NCBI GenBank assembly: GCA_964643995.1
Contig: CAZXUJ010000002.1
Span: 114,125-178,124 of the forward strand
Reading direction: 5' to 3'
DNA length: 64,000 nucleotides
From: an uncultured Candidatus Saccharibacteria bacterium
GTDB taxonomy: Bacteria; Patescibacteriota; WWE3; UBA101185; UBA10185
Below, piece after piece: positions 9,028 to 19,121 of this stretch (its first letter is position 1; each line of letters starts with the position of its first letter). A program made the position numbers and the translations under genes. Below the pieces are notes generated by a model. The model saw only the letters and a list, made by a program, of their open reading frames with translations. It searched no databases and was not told the DNA's origin.

Positions 9028-9555
9028 ATTAAGTATACACAAGGAAATCAAAACAATAGAAAATACAAAACAAATCAATTCATAAGATACCCACAAGTAA
9101 GGGTTGTGAATTTAGGTGATGGAAGCGCAATACTTAACACCAGCGAAGCGCTAAAAATAGCAGAAGAGCAAGGGCTAGACTTAGTTTTAATAACTGAGAA
9201 TGCACAGCCCCCTGTTGCTAAGATTCTTGAATTTAACAAGTTTCTATACGAACAGAATAAAAAAGAGTCTCAGATAAAAGCCAAATCTAAAAAGAGTAAG
9301 CTGAAAGAGTTCAGATTCGGACCAACAATTGCAGATGAAGCTATAGAACAAAGGGTCAAACGTGCGAGAGAGTTCTTAGAAGAAGGAAACAGAGTTAAAT
9401 TTTCAGTGCTATTGAGGGGTAGACAAAAGGCTTATCCAGATATAGGACGTGAAAAAGTACAGAAGTGTATTGATGCTCTAAAAGATATTTCTAGGAGCGA
9501 GGACGAGATAAAGGTGCAAGGTGGTACTATTTCTGCTATACTCGTCAAGAATTAA
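9028..9555 (+). CDS. infC: Translation initiation factor IF-3 (ATT start)
   Basis: In-frame ATT at 9028 after AGGA restores N-terminal NQFIRYPQVRV; GLDLV, PPVAKI, KEFRF motifs. Confidence 0.93.
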   Translation: MKYTQGNQNNRKYKTNQFIRYPQVRVVNLGDGSAILNTSEALKIAEEQGLDLVLITENAQPPVAKILEFNKFLYEQNKKESQIKAKSKKSKLKEFRFGPTIADEAIEQRVKRAREFLEEGNRVKFSVLLRGRQKAYPDIGREKVQKCIDALKDISRSEDEIKVQGGTISAILVKN

Positions 9556-9569
9556 TTTCGAAAACAGAC

Positions 9570-9806
9570 ATGAAAACTAAAAAAACATTGGCAAAAAGAA
9601 TAAAAATTACTAAAACTGGTAAGGTTTTGAAAAAACAAAACAACAAAGGTCATTTGAATAGGAAGTTTGATGCGAACAAGCAGCAAAGAAAAAAAGCTTT
9701 GCAAGGAATTCCTAATCATGGGTATTTGAAGAAGATTAAAGTAATGTTAGGTAAGCAAGGCAGACATATCGACATTACAAATACTTCAGAAAAGAAAAAG
9801 ATTTAA
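9570..9806 (+). CDS. rpmI: 50S ribosomal protein L35 (C-terminal extension)
   Basis: MKTKK..AKRIKITKTGK; lies between infC and rplT. Confidence 0.92.
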   Translation: MKTKKTLAKRIKITKTGKVLKKQNNKGHLNRKFDANKQQRKKALQGIPNHGYLKKIKVMLGKQGRHIDITNTSEKKKI

Positions 9807-9813
9807 AGATTAT

Positions 9814-10173
9814 ATGGCAAGAGTGAAAGGTGGCGCAAGAGCCCACCAAAGACATAAAAAAATAGTAAAGGCAGCAAAAGGTTACAGGGGAACCAGAAGT
9901 AAGCTTTTCCGAAGAGCACATGAAGCTGTCATTAGAGCAGGCGAACACGCTTTTGGTGGACGAAAAAGAAGAAAAAGAGACATGCGAACATTGTGGATTG
10001 CAAGGTTAAGTGGTGCATTATCTTCACATGATATGAACTACAGCACATTTATCTCAGGCTTAACTAAATCAGGGTTACAACTTAACAGAAAAATGTTGTC
10101 CGAACTTGCAATAAACGATCCGAAAGCTTTCGAAATGGTAGTTTCGAAGGTTAAGGAATTTACCTCTAAATAA
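9814..10173 (+). CDS. rplT: 50S ribosomal protein L20
   Basis: MARVK, AKGYRG, LWIARL, LNRKMLSELA. Confidence 0.97.
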   Translation: MARVKGGARAHQRHKKIVKAAKGYRGTRSKLFRRAHEAVIRAGEHAFGGRKRRKRDMRTLWIARLSGALSSHDMNYSTFISGLTKSGLQLNRKMLSELAINDPKAFEMVVSKVKEFTSK

Positions 10174-10206
10174 TTCCCATATTAAGCTATAATTAAATAC
10201 GTACGT

Positions 10207-11202
10207 ATGACAGACGATATTGCTGAACTAAGAAAACTTTTTAATAGTGAATTAGCACAAGCTACTGATTTGGATGAACTTTATCTGAAATACTTTTCGA
10301 AGAAGAACGGACTCATAACAAACCTAATGAAAGCCTTGCCAGAGTTGGAAGGCAAAAAAAAGCGCGAAGCAGGAAAACTGCTAAATGATATCCAAAACGA
10401 ATTCAAGCAAAAAATTGATGAAAAAAGAGTAGATTCAAACTACACAAAAATTAATGATCCGCTTATCGACCTAACTATTCCAGCAAAACCACAGAACACA
10501 GGGTATTTACACCCAACAACGCAAGTTATAAGAGAAATGAATGAGTTTTTTAGATACTATGGTTTTTCCGTAGCTGAAGGTCCAGAAATTGAAACTGCTG
10601 AATATAATTTCCGTAAACTTAATCTTCCGGAGGGGCACCCAGCAACTGACTTGCAAGACACTTTGTTTGTGGAAGAACCAAATATACTCCTGAGAACACA
10701 CACCTCATCGGTGGAATCCAGGGTACTTACTGATAACAAACCACCAATCAGAATTGTGGTACCTGGGAAAGTGTATAGAAATGAGACATATAGTGCTACA
10801 AATGGGGCGTTCTTTCATCAATACCAAGGTGTAGTGGTCGATAAAGGAATCACCATTCAAAATTTAATGTATATGCTGGAAAAAGTTCATAAGTTTTTGT
10901 TTGGCGAAGATACAGAGGTTAGATTTAGGTATAAGTATTACCCTGAAGTTTCTCCTGGAGTAGGTGTAGATATGAAATGTAAGTTTTGTAACGGAGTAGG
11001 ATGTACTGTCTGCAAACAAAGAGGATGGATTGAAGTTTTAGGTAGTGGGATGATACATTACAACACTCTAAAGATGTGCAACATTGACCCAGAAATATAC
11101 ACAGGATTTGCTTTCGGCGTAGGTCTAGACCGCTTGGTTATGCAGAAATTTGGCATTAGCGATTTAAGAACCATGTATGGTGGAGGACTAATTTACGTAT
11201 GA
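10207..11202 (+). CDS. pheS: Phenylalanine--tRNA ligase alpha subunit
   Basis: GYLHP, LLRTHTS, PGKVYR, GFAFGVGLDRL. Confidence 0.95.
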   Translation: MTDDIAELRKLFNSELAQATDLDELYLKYFSKKNGLITNLMKALPELEGKKKREAGKLLNDIQNEFKQKIDEKRVDSNYTKINDPLIDLTIPAKPQNTGYLHPTTQVIREMNEFFRYYGFSVAEGPEIETAEYNFRKLNLPEGHPATDLQDTLFVEEPNILLRTHTSSVESRVLTDNKPPIRIVVPGKVYRNETYSATNGAFFHQYQGVVVDKGITIQNLMYMLEKVHKFLFGEDTEVRFRYKYYPEVSPGVGVDMKCKFCNGVGCTVCKQRGWIEVLGSGMIHYNTLKMCNIDPEIYTGFAFGVGLDRLVMQKFGISDLRTMYGGGLIYV

Positions 11203-13115
11203 AAATACCTTTAAACTGGCTAAAAGATTATTTAAATACAAACAAAAAAACAAGTGAGCTGGCAGATAGTTTTACTGCATTAGGGTTATTACTTGATAAA
11301 CCAATAGAGAATGTTGGCAATACCGAGGTCTTGGATTTGGAACACCGAATGGATAGAGCAGACTGGCTTTCTGTTTTAGGATGTGCTCGAGATCTTGCGG
11401 CAATGTTACAGATACCTTTGGAGTATCCGAAATTTGATGATAACTTATGGCCCACAATAGATGACACCGAAAAGGTAAAGGTTATGGTAGAGGGGGATGG
11501 TTTTGTTAACCGATTTTATACAAGAGTTCTTAAAAATGTTGTTGTTGGAGAATCTCCCGAATGGCTAAAAGAAAGATTAGTGGCTTACGGCTTGCCATCT
11601 ATAAACAACATCGTAGATATCACTAATTTTGTAATGGTCGAGTTGGGACAGCCGATGCATGCTCATGATCTAGATAAGATGGATTCAAGAGACATAACAT
11701 TTAGAAAGGCAAAGTCTGGGGAAACCATTACTACGTTACTCGGGGAAACTATCAACCTGTCCGAAGATATATGGCTAACAACAACCAATAATGATCCTAC
11801 TGGAATTGGTGGGATTGTAGGCGGGCAAAAAGTTGCAATTGATAGTAATACCAAAAACATAGTTCTGGACTCGGGTAACTATGACCAAACAACAATAAGA
11901 AAATCCTCACGCAAGCTTAAAATATATAATGAAACTGTTTTGAGAGACGACAAATATCTGCATCCAGAAAACAACGAAAGAGCTATAAAACGGGCCACAC
12001 AGCTAATTCTTGAAATTTGCGGACCCAATGTAGAAGTATTTGAAAACTCTGATTTTTATCCCACGAAGTGGCCTATAAAAAATATGGCTATCAGAGTGTC
12101 AAGAGTAAAACAAATAAGTGGCTTGGATTTTGATGTAAGAGACATGCAAAGCATTCTAGAATCCCTTGAATTCAAAGTATTAAGTGTAGGCGAAAAGCAA
12201 CTTCAAGTAGAAGTTCCATTTTTTAGAACAGACATTGAGGTAGAGGATGATTTGGTTTCTGAAATTTTGAGGATTAAAAACTACAATCAAATACCTCTTA
12301 CTCCTATTCAGAGTGCACCACCCAAAGAAATTACACCTGAAATTTACAAATTAGAAGACAGAATACGGGATATCCTGGTCAAGAATGGGTTACACGAACA
12401 CATTACAGATCCTTTGGTGGAAGCTAACAATACTGAGGGGCAAGTGATTCTGCAAAACGCATTAAGCTCAGAAAAAAATGCCATGCGCAACGAAATGCGT
12501 AACTCTCTAGAACCTATATTGTCGGATTATAAAAAACATAAAATCGCAGATGTAGATATATTCGAGATAGGCCTTACTTACCACAAAACCGAGGAATATC
12601 TTGAAAAGAGAGAGCTCTGCGTACTAGCAAGAACAGATACCAAAACAAGTTACGAATTAAATAGACATGTTAAAGGCATACTTGCTACCTTATTCTATGA
12701 ACTAGGTGTTAAAGACTTTGTGATCGAAAACGGGATAATTTCTAGTGGTAAAGTACTTGGAAACTTATGGGTAGATGGATTCGGGCTATACATCGAAGCT
12801 TTACATGATATAGTCGGGTACAAAACCGTATCTCGTGCCCAATCAGTTATACCAAACAATAGTACCGATAACTTTTCTCTGATAGTCAAAGTAGGAAACT
12901 CTTTTGGATCTGCGTACAATGCAATCAAAAATCACAAAGCGATCAAAGATTTAGCTGTTACAGAGGAATATATTGATGAAGCAAAGATTGGAAAAGATAA
13001 CAAGGCAATTCTACTTGAAGTTACTTACAACAAAGATATAGATATAGAAAAAACCAGAAAAGAACTAATTGAAATACTTGAGAACAAATTCGGAATTACT
13101 ATTAGAACGAAGTAA
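11199..13115 (+). CDS. pheT: Phenylalanine--tRNA ligase beta subunit, short form lacking the B2 OB domain
   Basis: MKIPLNWL directly followed by RADWLSVLG; INNIVDITNFVM, GQPMHA, RTDIEVEDDLVSEI. Confidence 0.92.
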   Translation: MKIPLNWLKDYLNTNKKTSELADSFTALGLLLDKPIENVGNTEVLDLEHRMDRADWLSVLGCARDLAAMLQIPLEYPKFDDNLWPTIDDTEKVKVMVEGDGFVNRFYTRVLKNVVVGESPEWLKERLVAYGLPSINNIVDITNFVMVELGQPMHAHDLDKMDSRDITFRKAKSGETITTLLGETINLSEDIWLTTTNNDPTGIGGIVGGQKVAIDSNTKNIVLDSGNYDQTTIRKSSRKLKIYNETVLRDDKYLHPENNERAIKRATQLILEICGPNVEVFENSDFYPTKWPIKNMAIRVSRVKQISGLDFDVRDMQSILESLEFKVLSVGEKQLQVEVPFFRTDIEVEDDLVSEILRIKNYNQIPLTPIQSAPPKEITPEIYKLEDRIRDILVKNGLHEHITDPLVEANNTEGQVILQNALSSEKNAMRNEMRNSLEPILSDYKKHKIADVDIFEIGLTYHKTEEYLEKRELCVLARTDTKTSYELNRHVKGILATLFYELGVKDFVIENGIISSGKVLGNLWVDGFGLYIEALHDIVGYKTVSRAQSVIPNNSTDNFSLIVKVGNSFGSAYNAIKNHKAIKDLAVTEEYIDEAKIGKDNKAILLEVTYNKDIDIEKTRKELIEILENKFGITIRTK

Positions 13116-15786
13116 CCTCTAACCTGATTTTGGTAGAGTCTTTGTTCCCTCTATCATTTTCAACTACAGCCTCAAACTCGTGAAAACCTCGCTGATCAGA
13201 CTTAAAGTCGAAATTGTAACCAAAAGGCTCTGATTTATCCTCCGTAACCTTATTACCATCCAAATAGATATTTACATGCCTTACGTCTGTGGGAGAAGAA
13301 ACTTCCACCTCAAGCCTAAAGGACAATGGAACCTTGTCACCATCGTCAAAGTTTACTATTTCGATTTTTGGATTACTCTCCTCACGAACATCGCCATCCT
13401 CATCAAATTCCAGTGCGGAGGTCATTCGAGGAGGGAAATATTCTGGCTTACCGTTGAAGTTTTCACCAATCCAAGCGTCAACATATGGTTGCCATTCAGA
13501 AACTTCGGCACGGACATCGATGTAGGCCTTTACATCAGTTTTATCGGCATCCTTACATGAATCACTTGCCAATTTACCATCTACCTCACAAACCTCATAT
13601 TTCTGGTACCAGTCGCTTGGTGCTGATGGTTCTGTACCTTTAACAAAATATTCATGACGCTTTGAAAAATCTTCAAAGGGTAAGCCACCAGTCAAAGAGT
13701 CAACTAAGACTTTTTCTACATTGGACGGCTTTTGAAATTCTTCTTTTTCATGAGCATTCAAAAATGTAGTCATCGCACGATTCCAAATAGGCGATGCACC
13801 TGTAATACCAGAGGCAACATTACTCATTTCTGCATTGTTATTGTTGCCAACCCAGACTCCTATGACAACTGAAGGGGTATAGCCAACAGCATAGTTATCT
13901 CTTAAATCATCAGTAGTACCGGTTTTAACAGCAACATCATGTCCAGCAATATTTAGTAAACTTCCTGTACCAAACACCAATGATCTAGCATTGTCGTCAG
14001 ACAAAATATCACTGATAATAAAAGCTGTCTCCTCGCTTGTAACCCTTTCACCAACAGGATTATGTTTATAGATTACATTACCACTAGCATTCTTTACTTC
14101 TATTATGGGAAAAGGTTTAACTAAGACTCCTTTATTAGCAAATACGCTGTAGGCACCTGCCATTTCGACCAATTTTGTTTCGCCACCGCCTAACGTCAAA
14201 GCTAAACCATATCTTTGACGATCTGTTAGAGTCGAAATACCCATACTTTCGGCCATATCCAACATACTATCAACTCCAACAATACTTAATGCCTTTACTG
14301 CGGGGATGTTCAAAGAGTTAGCAAGGGATGTTCTCAATGAAACGGGACCACGAAAGATACCGTCATAGTTTTCTGGAATATAGGGCTTATCTGGAGCAGA
14401 ACCTGGGAATTTAGTTAAAACATCTAGAAAGGGAAATCCGGCAGTATACCCTTGCTCAAGCATTGACGCATAAGTAATAGGCTTTATCGAAGAACCAGGT
14501 TGTCGAAGCGAAGTGGCAACATTTACGTTAGGGTCAAAAACACACCCACCCTCCCCAGGAATTCCTGGAGTACAACCTTCGGGAGAAGACTCACCAAAGT
14601 AATCCTTAGACCCTACCATAGCCAAAATTTGCCCATTTTTAGGATCAACAGCTACTAAAGCACCATTTCCTACATTTAGATAAGCTGCTTCTTCAACTTC
14701 CTCAGTAACTATATCCTGAACCTTATTCTGAAACTCAAGATCAAGAGTCGTAGTAACCTGCAGGCCGCCTTGTTCTAGAGCCTCATCACCCAACAAGTCA
14801 GCTAAAGTTTGACGAACATAAAAGACAAAATGAGGAGCTTCAAAATGAACACTTCCCGGAACAAAACTTATTTCTTCATTTTTTGCCGTCTCATATTCTT
14901 CATCGTTCAAATAATATCTTTTACCATCAGGTCCAATCCAACCACGTTCATTCATCAAATATAAGACGTAGTTTTTTCGTTCAAGCCCTGCCTCGGGATC
15001 CGAACCAAAATAAGAGTAACGACTAGGGCTCTGCGGCAAACCTGCCATATATGCGGCCTCAGCAACAGTTAAATCCTTTGGTAGTTTATTAAAGTATGCC
15101 TTCGCTGCAGTAAGAGCACCATAGTTCTGACCACCATAAGGAGTTTCATTAAGGTACATCTGTAATATTTGTTCTTTGGTGTATTTGTTTTCTAACTGCA
15201 AAGCTAAGCTCAATTCCTTTATCTTACGTGTTATCGTACGGTCTTGGGTAAGTACGGCATTTTTCACAACTTGCTGAGTTAATGTGGAACCACCTTGCAA
15301 CCCCTGACCAGTAGCTGTATTTTTAACTGCGCGCAACATACCCAACAAATAAAAACCTTGGTGATTATAAAAATTAGAATCTTCAACTGCTAAAGTTGCA
15401 TGTACCAAATGTTCGGATACATCCTCATACTTTATGAGACTTCGATTTTTTTGTCCGTACACTTCAGAAAGTGGTTGGCCGTTGCGGTCATATAGCTTTG
15501 TAGATAACTCGTCTCCACGTTCTAGTAGTTGGTCAGGGCTTGGTAGCTCACGTGAAAAATACAAAAAAATAAACAAAACTGCAAAAACACCTAAAATCAT
15601 GCTTAACAGGATTCCCATAGCGGCGTGTGTGGCTAGGACTAACCAACGCTCAGGTTTTTTGAAACGAGTTTTTTTCTTAACCCCACCAGAAGAACCCGAC
15701 TGCGGTAGACTGCTATACTTTGGGCGAAGTTTTGTTTTCTTGGTCAGCAGCCCCTTAAGCTTTGGTATTAATATATCTTTTAACAC
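13102..15786 (-). CDS. Class A penicillin-binding protein with C-terminal Ig-like domain
   Basis: EDSNFYNHQG, GGSTLTQQ, RKIKE; transpeptidase SSIK, SLN, KTGT; GTG start with TATAAT-N6. Confidence 0.93.
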   Translation of the reverse strand: MLKDILIPKLKGLLTKKTKLRPKYSSLPQSGSSGGVKKKTRFKKPERWLVLATHAAMGILLSMILGVFAVLFIFLYFSRELPSPDQLLERGDELSTKLYDRNGQPLSEVYGQKNRSLIKYEDVSEHLVHATLAVEDSNFYNHQGFYLLGMLRAVKNTATGQGLQGGSTLTQQVVKNAVLTQDRTITRKIKELSLALQLENKYTKEQILQMYLNETPYGGQNYGALTAAKAYFNKLPKDLTVAEAAYMAGLPQSPSRYSYFGSDPEAGLERKNYVLYLMNERGWIGPDGKRYYLNDEEYETAKNEEISFVPGSVHFEAPHFVFYVRQTLADLLGDEALEQGGLQVTTTLDLEFQNKVQDIVTEEVEEAAYLNVGNGALVAVDPKNGQILAMVGSKDYFGESSPEGCTPGIPGEGGCVFDPNVNVATSLRQPGSSIKPITYASMLEQGYTAGFPFLDVLTKFPGSAPDKPYIPENYDGIFRGPVSLRTSLANSLNIPAVKALSIVGVDSMLDMAESMGISTLTDRQRYGLALTLGGGETKLVEMAGAYSVFANKGVLVKPFPIIEVKNASGNVIYKHNPVGERVTSEETAFIISDILSDDNARSLVFGTGSLLNIAGHDVAVKTGTTDDLRDNYAVGYTPSVVIGVWVGNNNNAEMSNVASGITGASPIWNRAMTTFLNAHEKEEFQKPSNVEKVLVDSLTGGLPFEDFSKRHEYFVKGTEPSAPSDWYQKYEVCEVDGKLASDSCKDADKTDVKAYIDVRAEVSEWQPYVDAWIGENFNGKPEYFPPRMTSALEFDEDGDVREESNPKIEIVNFDDGDKVPLSFRLEVEVSSPTDVRHVNIYLDGNKVTEDKSEPFGYNFDFKSDQRGFHEFEAVVENDRGNKDSTKIRLEVTSF

Positions 15787-15828
15787 ATGGAAATTATAAC
15801 AAATTGAAGCTATACTTGGATCATAAAT

Positions 15829-15951
15829 ATGCTAAAAAGCACAAGAAAAAAACTTAAAAAAACTTTCACACGTGAGCGCGTTGCCAAGATGATAGTTCTT
15901 GTTAGTGGGTTGATGCTCGTCGCAACTTCAGTGCTACCATATCTGCTATGA
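15829..15951 (+). CDS. 40-aa basic single-TM microprotein (DUF4044-like architecture)
   Basis: MLKSTRKKLKKTFTRERVAKMIVLVSGLMLVATSVLPYLL*; stop overlaps next start (ATGA). Confidence 0.65.
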   Translation: MLKSTRKKLKKTFTRERVAKMIVLVSGLMLVATSVLPYLL

Positions 15952-17078
15952 AAACTTTCCTTCAAAAGATGTATGTTACACCAAAGCAATTTGGGGCTAT
16001 TTTTTTTTGTGGTGCATTTTTTACACTAACCTTATTTTTTGTATTCAGCAGAGCAACAGATAGCAAATACCTTGATCGAAGCGATTTTGTACAATTTTAT
16101 ACAGGAGCGGTTATCGCAAAAGACGATCTCTCAAAACTCTATGACCATCAAACTCAAATCAAAGTTCAGAGTACCTACTTCGAGATATTTGATAGATCGT
16201 TCAGATCGTTGCCATTTGTGGCAATGATACTAAAACCCTTAGCATTTACTAACCCAAAAACTGCTCAGGACATAATGTTAGGCGCAATGTTAGCGGCTTT
16301 CATTATTGTCATTGGGATGTATTCTAGCTCAACAAAGGACTTTATCTTCAAAGTAATAGTTACAGGAAGTTACTATCCGCTTGTATTGGCGGTGTATAAC
16401 ATCCAAGTTTCACTAATGGTAGCTGCCGCTGTAGGCCTGGGTATATTACTACTTAAAAAAAACTACTGTGGGATAGCGGGAATAATACTTGCAACTGTCC
16501 TACTCAAGCCACAGTTTATGCTATTACCCATACTTCTTGTCGAAACAGCAAGGGACAAAATAAAATATTTACTGGGCTTAGGTGTCAGTTGTATAGGGCT
16601 ACTTTCTATTGGAAGTGATAAACTTGGAATCGCATACCCTTTAAAATATCTGACATTTTTAACAGAGACGGAAAACGGGTATTTTGGTACAAATCATTTT
16701 GAGCTAAGCTCATTACAAACTTTTTTTGCACATGTTAATTATGAACTGGCTAACAAACTAACCTTATATACAGTTCTTGTATTACTACCAATTGCAATAT
16801 ACCTGTATTTTAAATTTTCTAGTAGATTGAGTTTCACAGAGCAAGTTCTTGTTGCGATGTTACTCACAATTGCCCTCAGCCTGCATTCATTTATTTTTGA
16901 CTCCCTTATGCTTATTTTTCCATTATTTTCACTTTATGAGGAGAAACAGTTCAGACTAAGTAAGTTTTTATATTTTTTGCCTTTCACAACACTGATCGCG
17001 ATAAATTATGTGCATGCTTTGAGTTATCTTGGCATCGCGGGTTACCTGTTATTGGTAAAAGCAAGGACTCGGATATAA
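15948..17078 (+). CDS. GT-C glycosyltransferase, GT87/DUF2029-like
   Basis: DFVQFYTGA, SLPFVA, IQVS, LLKPQ, DSLML; many TM helices. Confidence 0.75.
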   Translation: MKTFLQKMYVTPKQFGAIFFCGAFFTLTLFFVFSRATDSKYLDRSDFVQFYTGAVIAKDDLSKLYDHQTQIKVQSTYFEIFDRSFRSLPFVAMILKPLAFTNPKTAQDIMLGAMLAAFIIVIGMYSSSTKDFIFKVIVTGSYYPLVLAVYNIQVSLMVAAAVGLGILLLKKNYCGIAGIILATVLLKPQFMLLPILLVETARDKIKYLLGLGVSCIGLLSIGSDKLGIAYPLKYLTFLTETENGYFGTNHFELSSLQTFFAHVNYELANKLTLYTVLVLLPIAIYLYFKFSSRLSFTEQVLVAMLLTIALSLHSFIFDSLMLIFPLFSLYEEKQFRLSKFLYFLPFTTLIAINYVHALSYLGIAGYLLLVKARTRI

Positions 17079-17085
17079 TAACCAC

Positions 17086-19113
17086 ATGCAAAACTTGAAA
17101 GTTCCCGTCGCGGCTTTACCAAAGGTTGGACCCAAATATGCAGAGCTATTATCAAAACTCAAAATAGAAACTGTAGAAGACCTGTTATATTACTTTCCAT
17201 ACCGATATGAAAACTATTCAAATGTGAAAGCAATAAAGGAGCTTCAACCAGAGGAGACAGTAACAATTGAAGCAACGGTTTTACGTATTGATAACATTTT
17301 TACTCGTAATAACAAAAAAATTACCAAAGCAACGGCACAAGATGAGACTGGGCAAATTGAACTTGTATGGTTTAACCAACATTACATTAAAAACTCAATA
17401 ATCAAGGGAATTCCATATTATTTTAGCGGGAAGGTAACCGCATTTAACACCAAGCTTTCGCTTGTAGCTCCTCAGTTTGAGCAAGTTCGAAAGGACAACA
17501 TAAATACCGCGCGACTTGTGCCTATTTACTCAGAAACTTATGGGGTACCCTCCAAATGGTTACGGACAAGAGTCGATTTTATTCTCAAAACACTGTTGGC
17601 AGTGGATCCAATAACCGAAACCTTGCCAGAAGATATTATTCAAAAAGAGAAGCTGCTAGAACTAAACCAAGCTTTAAAAAATATTCACTTTCCGGAAAAC
17701 GATGAACTGCATATTAGGGCAAATGAAAGACTCGCATTCGAAGAACTTTTCAAAGAATTAATCAAAATTGAAAAACGTAAGCATTTTTGGAGAAATGAAA
17801 ACAAAGGTGCAAAAATCACTTATAAAAAATTTGAAAAAGAAGTAGAGCAATTTATAAACAACTTGCCCTTCACACTAACAAATTCACAAATACAAGTTCT
17901 ACAAGATATCAAGCAAGATCTGGACAAAACCTTCCCAATGAACAGATTGGTCGAAGGAGATGTGGGGTCGGGTAAAACAATCGTGGCAGTAATTGCCGCA
18001 TATCTCACACAGCTCAATGACTACAAAACTGTTTATATGGCACCTACAGAGCTTTTAGCGACACAACATTATGAAACATTCAAAAAATACCTAGATAATC
18101 TTGGCGTAAACGTGCAACTTTGCACTGGAAGTAGCAAGCCGAAAAACCTAGAAAAGTCAGACGTACTGGTTGGGACACATGCACTTTTGTACATGCAAGA
18201 TAATTTACCAAATATTGGTCTAGTAGTAATAGATGAACAACATCGTTTTGGCGTAGAACAAAGAGCAACACTAACTAGGCTAGGGGATAAAAATGCAGAA
18301 CCAAATGTTTTGACAATGACGGCAACACCAATTCCTAGAACGTTAGCATTAACTCTTTATGGAGATCTAGATTTATCGGTGCTAAGCGAAGTTCCAAACA
18401 AAAATAAAAATATCAAAACAAAAGTACTCGAGGATAAATACAGACAAAAAACTTATGAATGGGTGAGAGATCAAAACAAAAAGGCATTTATAGTTTGCCC
18501 ACTTATAGAAGAGTCTGAGTCAGAAACTATGGAAAATGTTAAAGCTGTTCAAGTTGAATACGAAAATTTAAAAAATGGGGTTTTTAAAGACATTGAAATA
18601 GGTCTACTACACGGAAGAATGTCAGCAAAAGAAAAAAATGAAATCATGTTGCGATTTAGAAACGACGAAGTAAGAGTTTTGGTTTCTACACCAGTGATAG
18701 AGGTTGGAGTAGACATCCCTGATGCTGAGGTTATTGTTATTGAAAGCGCCGAGAGGTATGGGTTAGCGTCATTGCATCAGCTTAGGGGTAGAGTAGGGCG
18801 TGGTATTGCAGAAGCTCATTGTATACTTTTTATGTCAAATTTTTCCAAAAGAGGGTTTACTAGATTAAAAAATCTCGAAGCTTTTGATTCGGGGTTAAAA
18901 CTTGCCGAGATAGATATGGAGTTTCGTGGAGAAGGGGATACATTTGGTGTAAGGCAACACGGTTTTAGACAATTTAAAATCGCAGACATCACTGATATAG
19001 AGTTTTTGAGCAGAGTTAAAAAATGTGCTGAAGAAACTTACAGAAAAATAGCGAAGTACCCTAAACTTCAAGCCGAACTAGAACAAGTTACACAACATGC
19101 TGTGAAAAACTAG
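17086..19113 (+). CDS. recG: ATP-dependent DNA helicase RecG
   Basis: GDVGSGKT, DEQHRFG, MTATPIPRT, QLRGRVGRG. Confidence 0.97.
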   Translation: MQNLKVPVAALPKVGPKYAELLSKLKIETVEDLLYYFPYRYENYSNVKAIKELQPEETVTIEATVLRIDNIFTRNNKKITKATAQDETGQIELVWFNQHYIKNSIIKGIPYYFSGKVTAFNTKLSLVAPQFEQVRKDNINTARLVPIYSETYGVPSKWLRTRVDFILKTLLAVDPITETLPEDIIQKEKLLELNQALKNIHFPENDELHIRANERLAFEELFKELIKIEKRKHFWRNENKGAKITYKKFEKEVEQFINNLPFTLTNSQIQVLQDIKQDLDKTFPMNRLVEGDVGSGKTIVAVIAAYLTQLNDYKTVYMAPTELLATQHYETFKKYLDNLGVNVQLCTGSSKPKNLEKSDVLVGTHALLYMQDNLPNIGLVVIDEQHRFGVEQRATLTRLGDKNAEPNVLTMTATPIPRTLALTLYGDLDLSVLSEVPNKNKNIKTKVLEDKYRQKTYEWVRDQNKKAFIVCPLIEESESETMENVKAVQVEYENLKNGVFKDIEIGLLHGRMSAKEKNEIMLRFRNDEVRVLVSTPVIEVGVDIPDAEVIVIESAERYGLASLHQLRGRVGRGIAEAHCILFMSNFSKRGFTRLKNLEAFDSGLKLAEIDMEFRGEGDTFGVRQHGFRQFKIADITDIEFLSRVKKCAEETYRKIAKYPKLQAELEQVTQHAVKN

Positions 19114-19121
19114 CATAAGTT

